A DNA stretch of 64,000 nucleotides from Macrostomum lignano. Lineage: Eukaryota. Numbering within the stretch: the first letter of the stretch is position 1; each line of letters starts with the position of its first letter. The notes beneath the pieces are model-generated. The model was not told the DNA's origin. It did not search any database and saw nothing but the letters and a program-made list of their open reading frames with translations. The stretch covers positions 1-64,000 of the forward strand of contig NIVC01002112.1 in the NCBI GenBank assembly GCA_002269645.1, given 5' to 3'. The position numbers and the translations under genes were made by a program. Below are positions 1-13,400 of this stretch, piece after piece.

Positions 1-252
1 GGCACACGACCTGACCCAATCCATGGCTGGCACACGACCCTGACCCAATCCCATGGCTGGCACACGACCCTGACCCAATCCCATGGCTGGCACACGACCC
101 TGACCCAATCCCATGGCTGGCACACGACCCTGACCAATCCCATGGCTGGCACCACGACCCTGACCCAATCCCATGGCTGGCACACGACCCTGACCCAATC
201 CCATGGCTGGCACACGACCCTGACCCAATCCCATTGGCTGGCACACGACCCT
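1..252. repeat. 30-bp tandem repeat (GGCACACGACCCTGACCCAATCCCATGGCT), intronic, truncated by window edge
   Basis: About 8 copies; several carry single-base indels, suggesting noisy consensus here. Confidence 0.95.
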
Positions 253-283
253 GATGAATTGCTCTGTTACTTCCAATTAACAG

Positions 284-550
284 TTTGAACAATGACGGAA
301 GCGTCGGAGGGGCCAACGGATATCTATCAGGTTGATGGCGGTCACGTGACGATTCTCTCGAGGCTGCCAGTTTTGCTGGCCCGTTCGCATTCAAGCTCTG
401 CATCTGGAGCTGTACGCGCAGCTTTGGCTGCTCAAAGTCCAAGCACAAGCTCATAAAAGCATCGTCACGGACTGTCACGATTGAAAGCCGCTGATAGTCA
501 AGCTTGATGGCAAGAATTCAAGCTGCTGATGAGGACGACGCTTGCTGCTG
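284..550 (+). CDS. Probable upstream exon of the giant gene (part of VWD domain), broken by apparent indels
   Basis: Acceptor ttaacAG at 282-283 and donor GTGAGT at 551. The 3' end reads ..RLLL in phase 0 into VNGKSVNVPY of the next exon, but no single frame is open. Confidence 0.5.
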
Positions 551-651
551 GTGAGTGGTTTAAACTCGCAAAAAAACTTAGTCTTTAGGAATGTAGAGTT
601 TTGAAAAATACCTCTAATAACTACGGGTACCCTGAATTATATTTCGGTCAG

Positions 652-1469
652 GTGAACGGAAAGTCCGTGAATGTGCCGTACAGCGAGCACAAAATTCGAG
701 CTTTCTACTCTGGCGAGGATCTCGTACTGGTGAGCAACAAGTGCGGATTCTGGGTGACCTTTGACGGCGAGTTTACGGCCACGTTCCGCCTGAGCTCCAA
801 CTTCTACAGAGGCCGAGTGTCCGGCCTTGCTGGCAACTGCGATGGCAACAAGGCCAACGACAACTTCGGCAATCTGAGCCACGCCTACAAGCTGTGGAAG
901 AGCAAAGGCTGGGTGAAGAACTGCAAAGGTCGGCCAAAGAAGTGCGGGTGCCATACTAAAAAAGAGAGGCGAGAGGCTGAGAGAGCTTGCAGAAAAGTAA
1001 TTGGACGCCATGGCTGTTCAAACACGGAGGTCCTGAGGCCATGCGTGATCGATTACTGCAGCACCAGGTATCGCCCAGACCTGCAGAGGAAAGTTCTGTG
1101 CGCCAATTTCTACCTGCACTCGAGACGATGCGCCCGTAATCACCGTCCAATCGCCTGGAGACACAAGAGCGGCTGCGGTGAGATGGGAATCTTTTTAGGC
1201 ATACGAGACTATAAGCGAGCTGAAATAGAGAAATCTCATTAACAATCTGGCGATTTTGATTTTCAGTCCTGAGTTGCGGTCGGCACCAACACTTTAGCCG
1301 CAAAGCGAACCCCTGCCCGAAGACTTGCGACAACCATTTCTTCGGCACCCCGAGGCGTTGCTACAAGCTTCCGAAAGCGGAGGGATGTCGCTGCAACAAA
1401 GGCTACGTATTGGATGGCACCAAGTGCGTGAAGCCAAAACACTGCGAGTGTCTGGCCAAGCTGTGCATC
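652..1469 (+). other. VWD (C-terminal half)-C8-TIL domain cassette of the giant protein
   Basis: VNGKSVNVPY..WVTFDG..RVSGLAGNCDGNKAND (VWD); C8-type Cys pattern ending AWRHKSGC; CGRHQHFSRKANPCPKTCDN..CRCNKGYVLDGTKCVKPKHC (TIL). Confidence 0.85.
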
Positions 1470-4400
1470 GACCGAGTGTCGCACCACAAGTGCCGCCACT
1501 GGAAGGCCCAAGGCAGATGTCGTAGGTACCCAGAAGTGATGGGCAGGTTCTGTCGGCTCACCTGCGGCATGTGCACGCCTCATTGTCGCAACCAGATAAG
1601 TACGCTCCTTTGCGAACAGATAAAGAAGAAGGGCAAATGTAGCAAACAGTTTTATCGCGTCATGTGCCAGGCCACCTGCCAACCGAATAAATGCCGTAAG
1701 TTCGTCGTCACCCAACTCGTTGCTACGCTCGTGTATTTAAATGGCGAACACGTGCTTAAACTGAGTCGCAAAACTTTCTATTCCAGGTTGCTCAGCTAAG
1801 CGACGCATTGTGTCAAAGTGCTCGGACAAATACAAGAACAAGGCTGTTACCACGCTGCGCTGGTTTCCAGACTCCAGAGGCCGGTGCAGAAAGAGCGTAC
1901 TGATACGCTACCATCCTTGCGGAGGTAAGCTGGAAGCGTATTTTCTGTCTGGAGCCAATTGTATTTCTACACATATTATGAGCTAATGTTTCACCGCTTT
2001 CTCGATTGCAGCTTGCCCGTACATAAGCAAAGTCCGTTGGTACAACTGCAACTATTGCAAAGGTGTGCAGATTGGCAAGCGACTTCTGCAGTACCGAGAG
2101 AAGCACGGAAAGAAGAGGTGTGTAAGAGTTCTACTTCTTATTAAGCGCAAGTGCCCTTGTCCGCCCATTGGCAAGAAGAAGAGCATCAGCTATACCGAGT
2201 GCAGGAATAATGTTGTCACGGTGCGAATCACCAAAACGTATAAGCCTACAAGACGTTGTTCTCGATGCGAGAGAAAAACGAGCACAAAAGTTGTGAGGAA
2301 AATCAGTAAGTTAGCTAGCGAGCGTCTTAAGCGCTTCTCCATTGAACTCGCGTTTGCATCGAAATTTTTACTCTAACAACAAAAATTTCAGACTGTACAG
2401 GCTTCTTCCACACTGGAAAGTGCACTCCAGGCCGCAAGTACTACTTTCGAATCACCTATAAGCGCTATGCTCACAAATGTCGCTGCCGGTCTCGCAAAGT
2501 GAGCCGGAAGAAAATTATGTGCCGCTGCAGCAAGCCAAAGTCTGTCTCTGTCTGCAAAGGCAGCTACTATCTGATCGTGACGACCCACTGGAAGCTGAAG
2601 AACGGCCGCTGCGTGCCTCATCAAACAAAAAGGACACGGAAAATCCGCTGCGATCGTAACCAACAAAATTTTGTGCGCTGTCATCGAAGCTCTTGCAAGG
2701 CTTTTAGGCATATCAGCTATTTTCACGTGCGCAACTGCAAGTGCCTGAAGTACTCCAAAGTAAAGCACATCGGAAAATGCTGTACGTATTTTCGTACGAG
2801 TTTTAGTATTTCAACTCGTCAAAATAGTTTCTACTTTTGAAATTAATAGAAAAGTTTATTACTGAATTTCAGGCTGTCCGCGGAGTTCCAGAGTTGTTGC
2901 TCGCATTAATCAATACTGGAAGAAGATCATTACTGTGACTTATACACTGATAAAATATCGCTGTATTAAAAAGATTATTATTCGCAAAATCCGAATCAAA
3001 TGCCCGAAAGGTGGTGTAATTGTTAGTTGCGACGGACGAAAAGGTCAGCGCGTCTTCACGAAGTTTTGGTATGAGAAAAAAGGAAACAACTGCATTAAGA
3101 GAACGTTGACGAAGAAGGTTACTGTCAGTAAGTGGAGACAGAATGACTGTCGATTAGCAATGGAAGCTTTATTGATGGTGCCGATCCATGTCGCTTATAA
3201 AACCGATTTAATTCCATTTTCAGAGTGCAGACGCGATGTGAAACGACTAGCGGGTCCATGCCGCCTGCTGTCGGGCAACGTTCGCTACCGGCGGGTTGAG
3301 TTCCGGTATTACAAGCGACGCTCAGGCAGCTGCTCCTGCGTCCCGGCAAAACGCGTCGCTCGCGAAATGTGCGGCTGCCGCGGCGGCAAACACACCAGGG
3401 TAACAAAGTGTCCCAAGGGTTGCACTACGAAGAACTGCGGTCGCCAGTGCACGTTCTCCAAGCTTTTCTATTTCTACAAAGCTTTTGGAAAGCGTTGCCG
3501 TGAGCATATCTTTAGGAGGCTTCACTTCCGATGCTGCTGCCGGCCCAACCGGCGCGTGAAAAATTGGTGTAGGAAGAATCAGTATCAGATGCGGCAAATT
3601 AGCTATTATCAACTGAAAGCGTACAGATGCCGTAAAGTATACAAAACAAGCAGTAAGCGGGTGCGCTGCAATCGAAAGCCGGAGACCAAAAGGATTCCCC
3701 ATCCGAAGAAGGGTTACTACTATCTGGCTACTTACAGCTGGTACGTCTCGAAGTGCAAGTGCCGGGTGAGAATTACCAAACGAGTCTGTAGAACGCACTG
3801 CCGATCGAAGAAAATAATTCGCTTTTGCGACAAAGTTCGCCGTGAAAAAGTCACTCGACACATAATCTGGCGTCTGCAAGGTTGCAACAAATGCATCTCT
3901 AAGGTGCACGATCGCAGAGTGCCTGTTCGCTGCAGCAAAACTGTTAAGAAGTGGAAGCACTGCAACAAGCGTACCGGCATTGTCACGCACTACAGACAGT
4001 GGTGGTATAGAAAAGACTGCCAATGTCTGAAGAGAACGACCACGAAGAAGCTTCGTTGCGGTAAGTATCGAATCATATTAATAATACATATTATGTTTAC
4101 ACTGCTGATCCATCGCCTCTCTGATCTCTTCTGAGCTGCCTGAACTCAGACCATGCTCATTCAAGCAAGGCAGGATGTTCAAATCCTATAACCTCAACTC
4201 AGATCATGCTCATTCAAGCAAAGCAGGATGTCCAAAGCCTATAACCTCAACTCAGACCATGCTCATTCAAGCAAAGCAGGATGTTCAAAGCCTATAACCT
4301 CAACTCAGACCATGCTCATTCAAGCAAAGCAGGATGTTCAAAGCCTATAACCTCAACTCAGACCATGCTCATTCAAGCAAGCAGGATGTCCAAAGCCTAT

Positions 4401-7400
4401 AACCTCAACTCAGACCATGCTCATTCAAGCAAAGCAGGATGTCCAAAGCCTATAACCTCAACTCAGACCATGCTCATTCAAGCAAAACAGGATGTCCAAA
4501 GCCTATAACCTCAACTCACACCATGCTCATTCAAGCAAAGCAGGATGTTCAAAGCCTATAACCTCAACTCACACCATGCTCATTCAAGCAAACAGGATGT
4601 CCAAAGCCCATAACCTCAACTCACACCATGCTCATTCATACAAAACAGGATGTCCAAAGCCAATAACGGGCCGCAGCTACTGCAATCCCAAACGAAATGC
4701 CTTCGAGAAGAAAATCACTTTTTGGATTCTGTCGAAGGGCCGCTGCCTGAAGCGAAGTCGTATAGAAAGAAAAAAGGTAAAATGCTCCTGCAAAGTTCAG
4801 AAAAGATCGGAATGCAAGCCTAAGAGCGGCGTTAAGGTTATCTACATCGGTGTAATGCGACCCAAGAATTGCAAATGCCGCCTAGTCTGGTCTGTGCACA
4901 ACAAGAGGCAGAGATGCAGTAAGTAAAATTGTGAAAAACTACTGCTAATATTGAGTTGAAATTTCGTGATTAGAAGGCAATTTACAAAATAACTTTAGAT
5001 TGCCACCGAGAAAACAAGCAAGCAGGCCGGCTGACCGTGCACTTCTGCGACAAGCGCAAGAACCGCAAGGGAACCGAAAAATTTCACTTCGTCCTGGTGC
5101 GCGGCAGGTGTGTTAAACGATCTAAGAAGACCTACAGAAACTTCCGCTGTCCTCGAGCCTACTATGAGAAGCGAAACTGCAACGAGGCCAGGCGCCTGCA
5201 GTTGGTGCTGAGGTACTACTCAGTGAAGAGGAACTGCAAGTGTGTCAAACTCGTACAGCGCAAACACGTCAAATGCGGTTGCAGTGGCAAAAAAGTTGAG
5301 CTTAAACGCTATTGTAAAAAGGTGCAAGGTGAAATAATAAAAGTCCGAATAACAAGAAGGTGGAGCAACCGACGCCACGTGTGCGTTACTAAGAAGAAGA
5401 CCACGAGTCACCGAGTTTGTAAGTTAATCAACTGTTGTTAAATATTCTAGTCTTCAAGCACATGAAGCATAGTCTAATCGTGGCATAAGACGACAGACTT
5501 TTGCAGCTTGACTAAAAAAACGCGCCAGGTGCTATTATCACAAAAAATAGGGAACTGTACAAAATAACACTTGTTTCTAAAAGCCACCATTACCCTTCGC
5601 AGTGTGTCGCAGCAAGAAGCGATATGTCAACAGCAAGTGCATCAAAAACAAATACTACATTGAGACAACGATCTACCACGAGCGCAAGGGTTGCAAGTGC
5701 ATTGAAAAGCGACTCAAACGAAAGAGAAATTGCCGTAAGTATTAGTACTTTCTTAATAAATCATAGTTAGTATAAATTCCGCTAAATTTTTTTACCTTGT
5801 TTTTTCTTTGCTAGACTGTAAGCGAATTATCCGACGCGGCAAGTGCCCACGACATGGCTATACACGTCGCGAAGTAGTTGAAGTTCGCGTGTGGGACATG
5901 AAGCATCGTCGGTGTCGCACCAAGCGCCAGTTCACCCGCCAGATCCGTTGCCGCTGCCCCAAAGGCTACAAGCGCCGATATTGCGAGGCCGGAAAGTGGG
6001 TGACGAAGTCAGTGCGGTTCATTCTAAAAAATACGCGCTGCTATAAAAAAGTCTCGAAGAGCAGCCGCAAGGTACACTGCCGTCGTGAGATAAGACACCG
6101 CTACGCCTCTTGTCAAGGCTGTCACCGATACATTTATACGCTGGAGCGGCGCCTGGATCCAAAGCGATGCGCCTGCTACTTTTCTGCGATTGAACGGCGG
6201 CGCTGTCCCTGCTGCTGCCCCAAAGGTTCCAACACGCGCCGTTGTGTTAAAGATGACGAATGGGAGAGAGTTTTCACGCACAATGCTCCTCTTACCGGAC
6301 GGCGCTGCGGTTGCCGAACATGGAAGACGCGCCGCCGCGAGAAAGTGTCCTGTTCGACCAGAAAAACTTACAAGTGGTTGAAATGTAATCGTCGCTCATG
6401 CCACAGTCACCAACAGGTAGTTAGCATAAATTTTCACATTTAAATGAGCAGTTATTGAATCCAGTCCTTACTTTTCCTTCAATAGGTAACATACTATAAA
6501 GCTAAGCGGTGCCGCTGTGAAAAGAGGCAACGCCTGACTGGCCGTAAGCGCGTCTGCTGTTGCCTGACGAAGCCACGGTTTAGCAAATTTTGCAAGAACA
6601 GCAGCGTCTACGAAAAGAAAATCTACTACCAACTGCACAACTGGCGCTGTAGACGGCGCGTTCGCAACCGTTTTCTGCATCGCTGGAGCTGCAAGCAAAA
6701 GCCAGTCATAAAAGTTGGAAGGTGATTGTTACTTAATCTTTTTTTTTATTTGTTTTAGCAGGCAAACAATTAAACTTATTCGCATATTCTGATTCCAATA
6801 CTCTACAGATGCAATAAAGGGAATTGCTATCAGTCCGTACACACTCTAATAAGTGTAGTTGATAAACCGCGCTGTCGTTGCAAGAACGTTGTGCGCAACC
6901 GACACAGGAGACGGTGCTGCTGCATTAAGAAGCCGCATAAAAACACGAAGTGCTTGAAAAACTGCTGGGTGACCACTTACACGAGTTATAAATTTGATGG
7001 ACGGCGTCGGGTATGCGTTGCTAAGATCAACCGCAGGACTAACTGCGTCAGTTGTCCAAGAAAAAGTCCTGCAGTTGGCGAGTGCAATAAAAAGACTTGT
7101 CGACGGCGCATCACGTATTTTACATATTCAATGGACAAATGTAAATGCAAGAGGCGCACTTACTATCGCTACAAAACCTGCTGCTGCCCAAAACCGTCCG
7201 TGTCGGGTCCAGTTTGTAAAAAGAATCGATATCGGGTGTGGTACTACAAAACTTGGAAGCTGGTTCATGGTCAATGCGTTTCTAAAGTCAAAGAGTCAAT
7301 ACGATCTGTTAAGTGTCGCAGAGGTGTCATAAGGGTGCTTCGCTGCAACAAAGCCACATGCCGTCAAGTTGTGAGGCGCGAGGTCGTGAGTTGAAGCGCT

Positions 7401-10400
7401 GCCGCTGTTTAAGCAGTTGGCGAGTGACACAGCGAACCTGCTGCTGCCGGCCAGCACACATTATCAACACCAGGTGCGAGCGAAACCGTTACCTCTATCG
7501 CTACAAAACCACCAGAAGACTCAATCAGAAGCGTGTGTGTGTCAGTCGCACAACAAAGCGCCTGTTGTACAAGGTTAGCAACTGTCGTACCACCGAAAAG
7601 AGAGGAGCCTGTAACAAGCGAACGCGACACTCTACTGTTTACATTACACACAGAAAGATTCACAAATGCAAATGCATTGTGTACCGCCGATCAACGCGCC
7701 GGGTGCTGTGCAGTAAGTTCTCATTTGCAATATTTTTACTAGACAGACAAAATCAAATGCAGTTTGTTTATTTTTACTAAATGTCATACTTTTAGGATGC
7801 AAAGGTTCGAGCGAAAAGAGAGGAAAGTGCAGCAAGACTACCTGCAAAATGGCTATTGTAAAAACGTGGTTCACCTCTCATGGTAAACTTGACAATTTCA
7901 AATGCAAGCGACACCAGAGAGTATTCTACCTGCGCTGCTGTTGCCACCCTCGACCGACATACAAGCTGTTCTGCAACAAGCGAACTGGCTCCACCATGAA
8001 GCGGCTCACGCGGACTGTGTTCGTCGCGTCAAGCAGAACATGCATAAAGCGGCATTCCACTGTTGTTGTGAAAAAACTTGGTGAGAAATCTTACCCGTTC
8101 ATTTCAGTATAAACGAAATGAATCCATTATGCAATGAAAACTGACTGGCCGTCATTACATTTTAGTGTGCCCAAAGAATTACTGTCGGTCAAGCAAGTGC
8201 AATAAGAAGACTGGCTACAAAGTGCGCTACTGTTACCATTTTACCAAAGTACGGGGTCTGTGCAGATGCAACAAACGCATTACTCAGAAAAAGATTATTT
8301 GCAGTGAGTAAATTTTTTATAAGCTATAATCTTTATAATTTTTCTTGTTTTATATGAAGTTGTATTTTGTAAATTTTACCGAAATCCAGGCTGTCAACAA
8401 AGCAAGCGCGTTAGCTTCTGTCAGGGCCACACAAAGAAGATATCAGTGATTACATATTGGAAGCTTTCAACTCGAGAAAACAGGTGCATTCGAATGGTGA
8501 AGCGCGTGACTAATCACCTAGTCTGTCCAAAGAACCATTGGGTGACACGTTCATGCAAAGGTTGCCAGGGAGTGAAGCATATTCATCACTACCTAATGCG
8601 ACGCTGCCATTGTCTTCGAAAAACACGTTCTTACCGCATTCGCTGTTGTTGTCCGAAGTCCCACCACAAGAAGCGTTGCCTTGGAAACAAGTGGCTTTTC
8701 GAGCAAGTGAAATATAGATTGCGACATGGTGTCTGTAAGAAGACTGTCTGCAAAAAACAAGTACCCGTTGCTTGTCCAAAAAAGAAAACCAAGCGTGGAC
8801 AGTGCAAGGGCTGTGTCAGGAAGCACTATACATGGTACTACCACGTTCGAGGCTGCAAATGTCTGTTGAAAAAGCGAAAAGTCCGAAAAAGTCTTTGTTG
8901 CTGCCCCAAGCCTCGCAAGTATGTGCAGTGCAAGGGTGGCGTGAAGCAGAAGGTATGCTTGTCCTGGAGCCTGTGTTCCGGCAGCTGTTTAAAGAAGCGA
9001 CACGTCACTACCTCTAAAGTGATTTGTCCTTGCAGTACAATAAAACGGTTCGCTTGCAACATGAAGTCACTCAAGCAGAAGGCAGAAATCACCAGCTATT
9101 CACTTCAAGGCTGTAAATGTGTCAAGAAGCTTCAAGTAAAGTACGTGCATTGCAAGTGTCGGCCTTCAACAAAAAAGTTCGAGAAGTGCGGTAAAAAATC
9201 CAAGCGACGAGTGTTTCGCATTGTATTCCAGCTCTATCATCAGAATGGCAAAGTTGTTTGCAAACCAAAGCGCTATCTGTTGTACTGGGAGCCGTGCCGG
9301 TGCAAGGCGTCACAGCGAACCAAAACTTGCGCTTCTAATGGGCGAGTTTTCGTAACTGTAATCAAGAAATGGAATTTGTGCAAGCGCCACGGCCGGAGGG
9401 AGTGTGTACTGAAGACTTCATTGTTGCAAGAAGCGGTAGAATGTCAAGGAAAGAGTGTCAAATGGTCTAACTGCAAAAACTTCCGCACGACTCGTACTGT
9501 TATTAGACAGAAGCCTGTGCTTTGCCACTGCAAAAGCTTTGTTAAGAAAAAAGTATTTGCTTGCAGTAAGTATGCCAGGGTTGATGACTAATTTCTTAAT
9601 GCACCGGTTTTCTCCACATATTTAAACATTTGCTCAAATATTTCAGATTGTAACAAGAAGTCATACAAGAAACGAGTCTGCCATCACAAAACCGGTATCA
9701 TTGCTGTAATCCAGAAATCGTTTCACTCTTGCTGCGGTGCCACCAGCTGCAGTTCCAAGAGCCAAACTTCGTATTATCCGGTGAAATGTTCAAAGCGTGA
9801 GCGTGTCTCCCGACTATCTCGGAAATGCGGTATTATGCATCAGCACGGTTGGTACACCAAGTATCTGCTGACATGGAAGGTACGACAGGACTGTAAGTGC
9901 GTCAGTAAGCAAAAGAAAGAGATGAAGCTGTGCCGTTGCAAGAAAAATTCAAGCCGCACTAAATGTAGCCGCAGCGGTCGCTACTTCGTGACAGTGCGCT
10001 ACACATACAAACGCAAGGGCTCCACCTGCCACTTGACTCGAACTGAACAGCGACGGCCTGTTAAATGCAAGGGCAAGAAAGTGCAAATCAAATTTTATGG
10101 ATGTTCAAAGTGCCGGCGGCGTGTTTCTCTCAGTCAGTGCTACGTGCATTCTTGCCGTATTCATCACTATAGAAAATCAGGTCTGCAGCGCTGCTGCACT
10201 CCAAAGCCCAAGACGCGTCACTATTGCGATGCCCGAAAGGGTCGCCGTGTATGGGAGACGACAACATACTCTCTGGTCCCGAGCAAGCCCCTCTTGAAGG
10301 ATCGCGATGGTCGAGTGCGGGTTCCACAGCTTAAAGTCGTATCCAGGAAGAGCTATCGATACGTGAATGTCCGATGTCCCAGAGGGGAGAAGAAAGAACA

Positions 10401-13400
10401 TTGTGATCGACGCACCGGGCTTTGGAGAAAAGTGGTAACTACCTGGCACATAGTCGGTTGCAAATGCGTTAAGAGGCTGAAGCGCTATAGTGGAAGATGT
10501 CGTGAGTTTTTTATATTATTGTTCCTTCTACCTATTCAGTGTTATCTGCTGGAAAACTAATGCAACTTTTAAAACATTTTCGTTTTATCAACCAGGCTGC
10601 CAGCCTCCGAAAGTTCGATGGGGCAAGTGCCGCAATCGGTATATGGTAAAAACAGTGATATACTTCACACTGAAGAATCGAGAGTGCATCCGGCAGGTAA
10701 GGAGGCACAGATATCTGTGCGCATGTCTGAAGGATCGCAAGTTTACAGTGTGCGATGGACGTGGTCGCTGGAAGACTTGTCAGATCAGCTACCAACTGCA
10801 GCGACAAAAGCAGCGTTGTTTAAAACTGAAGCAGTGCCGCAGTCGGCCGCACACTTGCTCTGCGCCAAGAGAAAAACGCGGTCCGTGCATCCGCTGCCGC
10901 CGAATAATCACGCGATACGTGTGGCACCTTAACAAGAAGAAGTGCAAATGTGAAAGGCGTGTACAGACCAGGCGGGCTGACTGCGACTGTCACAAGAAGA
11001 ATAGTTCCAGGACTGAATGCAAGCGCGGCGCATTTATAACTACAATTTACCGATACAAACTGATTGGGGAGCGATGCGTCCGATCCGTCTCCAAAGTGGC
11101 GAAACCTGTATGTAAGTAATAAATCGGCTTCTGCCTACTTACATATTTTCTGCTCGTATTCCTGACCGGTGAATTGCGCGTTCATTGGAAATTCAATAAC
11201 CACCAACTCCATAGATTGCGATGGGCGACGTAGAAGCAGGATTATTCGTGGCAGCTGCGTCACAGCCCGAGGAAGTAGCCATCGGGGCTATCAGAAGCTC
11301 ATAACTGAATGGAAAGTAAACCGAAAGTGTAGGTGCGTGCGTCAGCATATCGTGCGCTGGGTTCCATGCGTGTGCAAACTAATCAGCAAGTACAGGACGC
11401 GCCGCTTTTCAAAGTGTATCGGTGGCTCAACTGTTCGCCATACAACTGTCTTCTACAAGCTGGTTGGCTACAAATGTATCAGAAAAGTGCAGACACGACA
11501 CAAGAAAATTAGTAAGTTGATGATGACAGTTGTGGCAAATTAAAACACTCAGTTGCTTTCGCATTCAGCCTAGATTGTTTAGATGCAAAATTGATGCAAA
11601 TTATACGGTTAATTTTCAGAATGCTCGAGATCAAAGACGGTTACTGGAAAATGCAAGCTTAACAAATATGGCGACAGGTATTCTGAGATCCGTCTGTTGC
11701 GCCTGGTTAGCAACGGACGATGCGGCTGCGTTTGGAAGCAAAAAAGCCTGAAATACCGAATCTGTCGGTGCCGAAAGGCGAAACGAGTTAATCGGTGTGT
11801 GAACAATAACACCCGGCGCACTGATCTCTTTACATTCCACCCGGTGCGAGGAGCACGGATCTGCAGACGCCGATTGAAACGAAGCGACAAAAAGATACGC
11901 TGCAGAGGAACCTATAGTAAAAAAACCAAATGTCACCGCTGTGGATTCATCGTGCACCACTACAATTCTAAACCTATCAATTGCAAGTGCGTTACTCGAC
12001 GGGTGCGCGTGGAGAAGCTGAGGTGCTGTTGTCAGAAAAGTGTCACTAAGCGATCATGCGACACTAGTCGGCATATGTGGGTGACTGTTACTATTAGCTA
12101 CAAGCTGCGTCGTTACAGGTGCATCCCCAAGCGAACAGTTTACACTAAACTAGTGCGGTGTGGTAGAAAAAATCCCGTCTATAAATTTTCACGTGTCAAA
12201 AAGGTTTCCGCAAAATTTTCAAAACCATCTACTATGCTGTCGGATGCGGATGCAAGTCGAAGACGACTGTGTACAAGCAGCGCTGTGCTTGTTCTTCGGT
12301 ACGAAAATATGTCCGCGGGAAGTGTGTTGGCTGGTTCGCTCTTGACATCTGGCTGGCTTATAAGCTCAAGCCAACCGGAAAGAATATACCAGGAACTAAC
12401 AAGCCTCAGAAAAAATGCGTGAAATATGTGGCCCATAAGAAAAAGCGCCGCTGTAAATGCCCAAAAGGCTTCAGGAAGCGCATTTGCAAGAGGCATAATC
12501 TGGAAATTTTCGAGACCGTCACTTATCATCTGCGTGGAAACAGTTGCGAGCGCAAGCGTAGCGTTCGCAATAATCGACTACCGTGTTCTACAAAACTTCG
12601 ATGGGTTCGCACACAGGTAATGCCTCGTGCCTGCAGTAGTCGAAATAAATACGTTCAAGTTATTAAGAAAATCTACGTCTATGCTAAGAACTGCAAGTGC
12701 CTCTATGTGACTCGAAAACACACGCGTATATGTGACTGCGCTAAGAGGCATGGTCGAAAAAAGCTGGTTAAATGCGTGGGCAATAACAAAGTGGTGACTT
12801 ACACAGAGTGGTGGGTGCCCAAGGGCTACGGTTGCAAAAAGATGTCTCATAAATCGGTGCGACTTGTGCGCTGCAAGGGCGCGAAGATTGTGCCCGGAAA
12901 TTGCAGTCGGAAAGGTTTCCGCATCTATTATTTGTACCAGCGGCGGGCGAAAAAATGCCAATGTATTTGGGTACTCGTGAAGCGCGTGACTGTTCCATGC
13001 AGGTAAGAAAAACATTAGAAAATGTATCTTTGATATGAGTGGCTGTCATAGTTTTATTTTTCTAGTTGCTTAATTACCGAATTCACCAATTCAGGTGCCG
13101 CAAAACGGTCGTCACAAAGAAGTGCATATCCAATGAAGTTGTGACAGTTACAAAGAAGTGGCTTCTTGTTGGCAAGAAGCTGAAGGCCCACTGCAAGCTT
13201 GTAAAACGTACTCACAAAAGAAAGGTGCCGTGCAAAGTTGGTCGATATGTAAAACAATCGCGGTGCAACTTCAAAGGGGTCAAGCACATTGAAACGACCG
13301 AAATCAGCCTCAATAACTGCCTCTGTCGTAAGCGTGTGACCCGACGCAGCTGCCGCTGTCACTGCCGAAAGATACCTGATCGACGCTTCTGTAAAAATGG

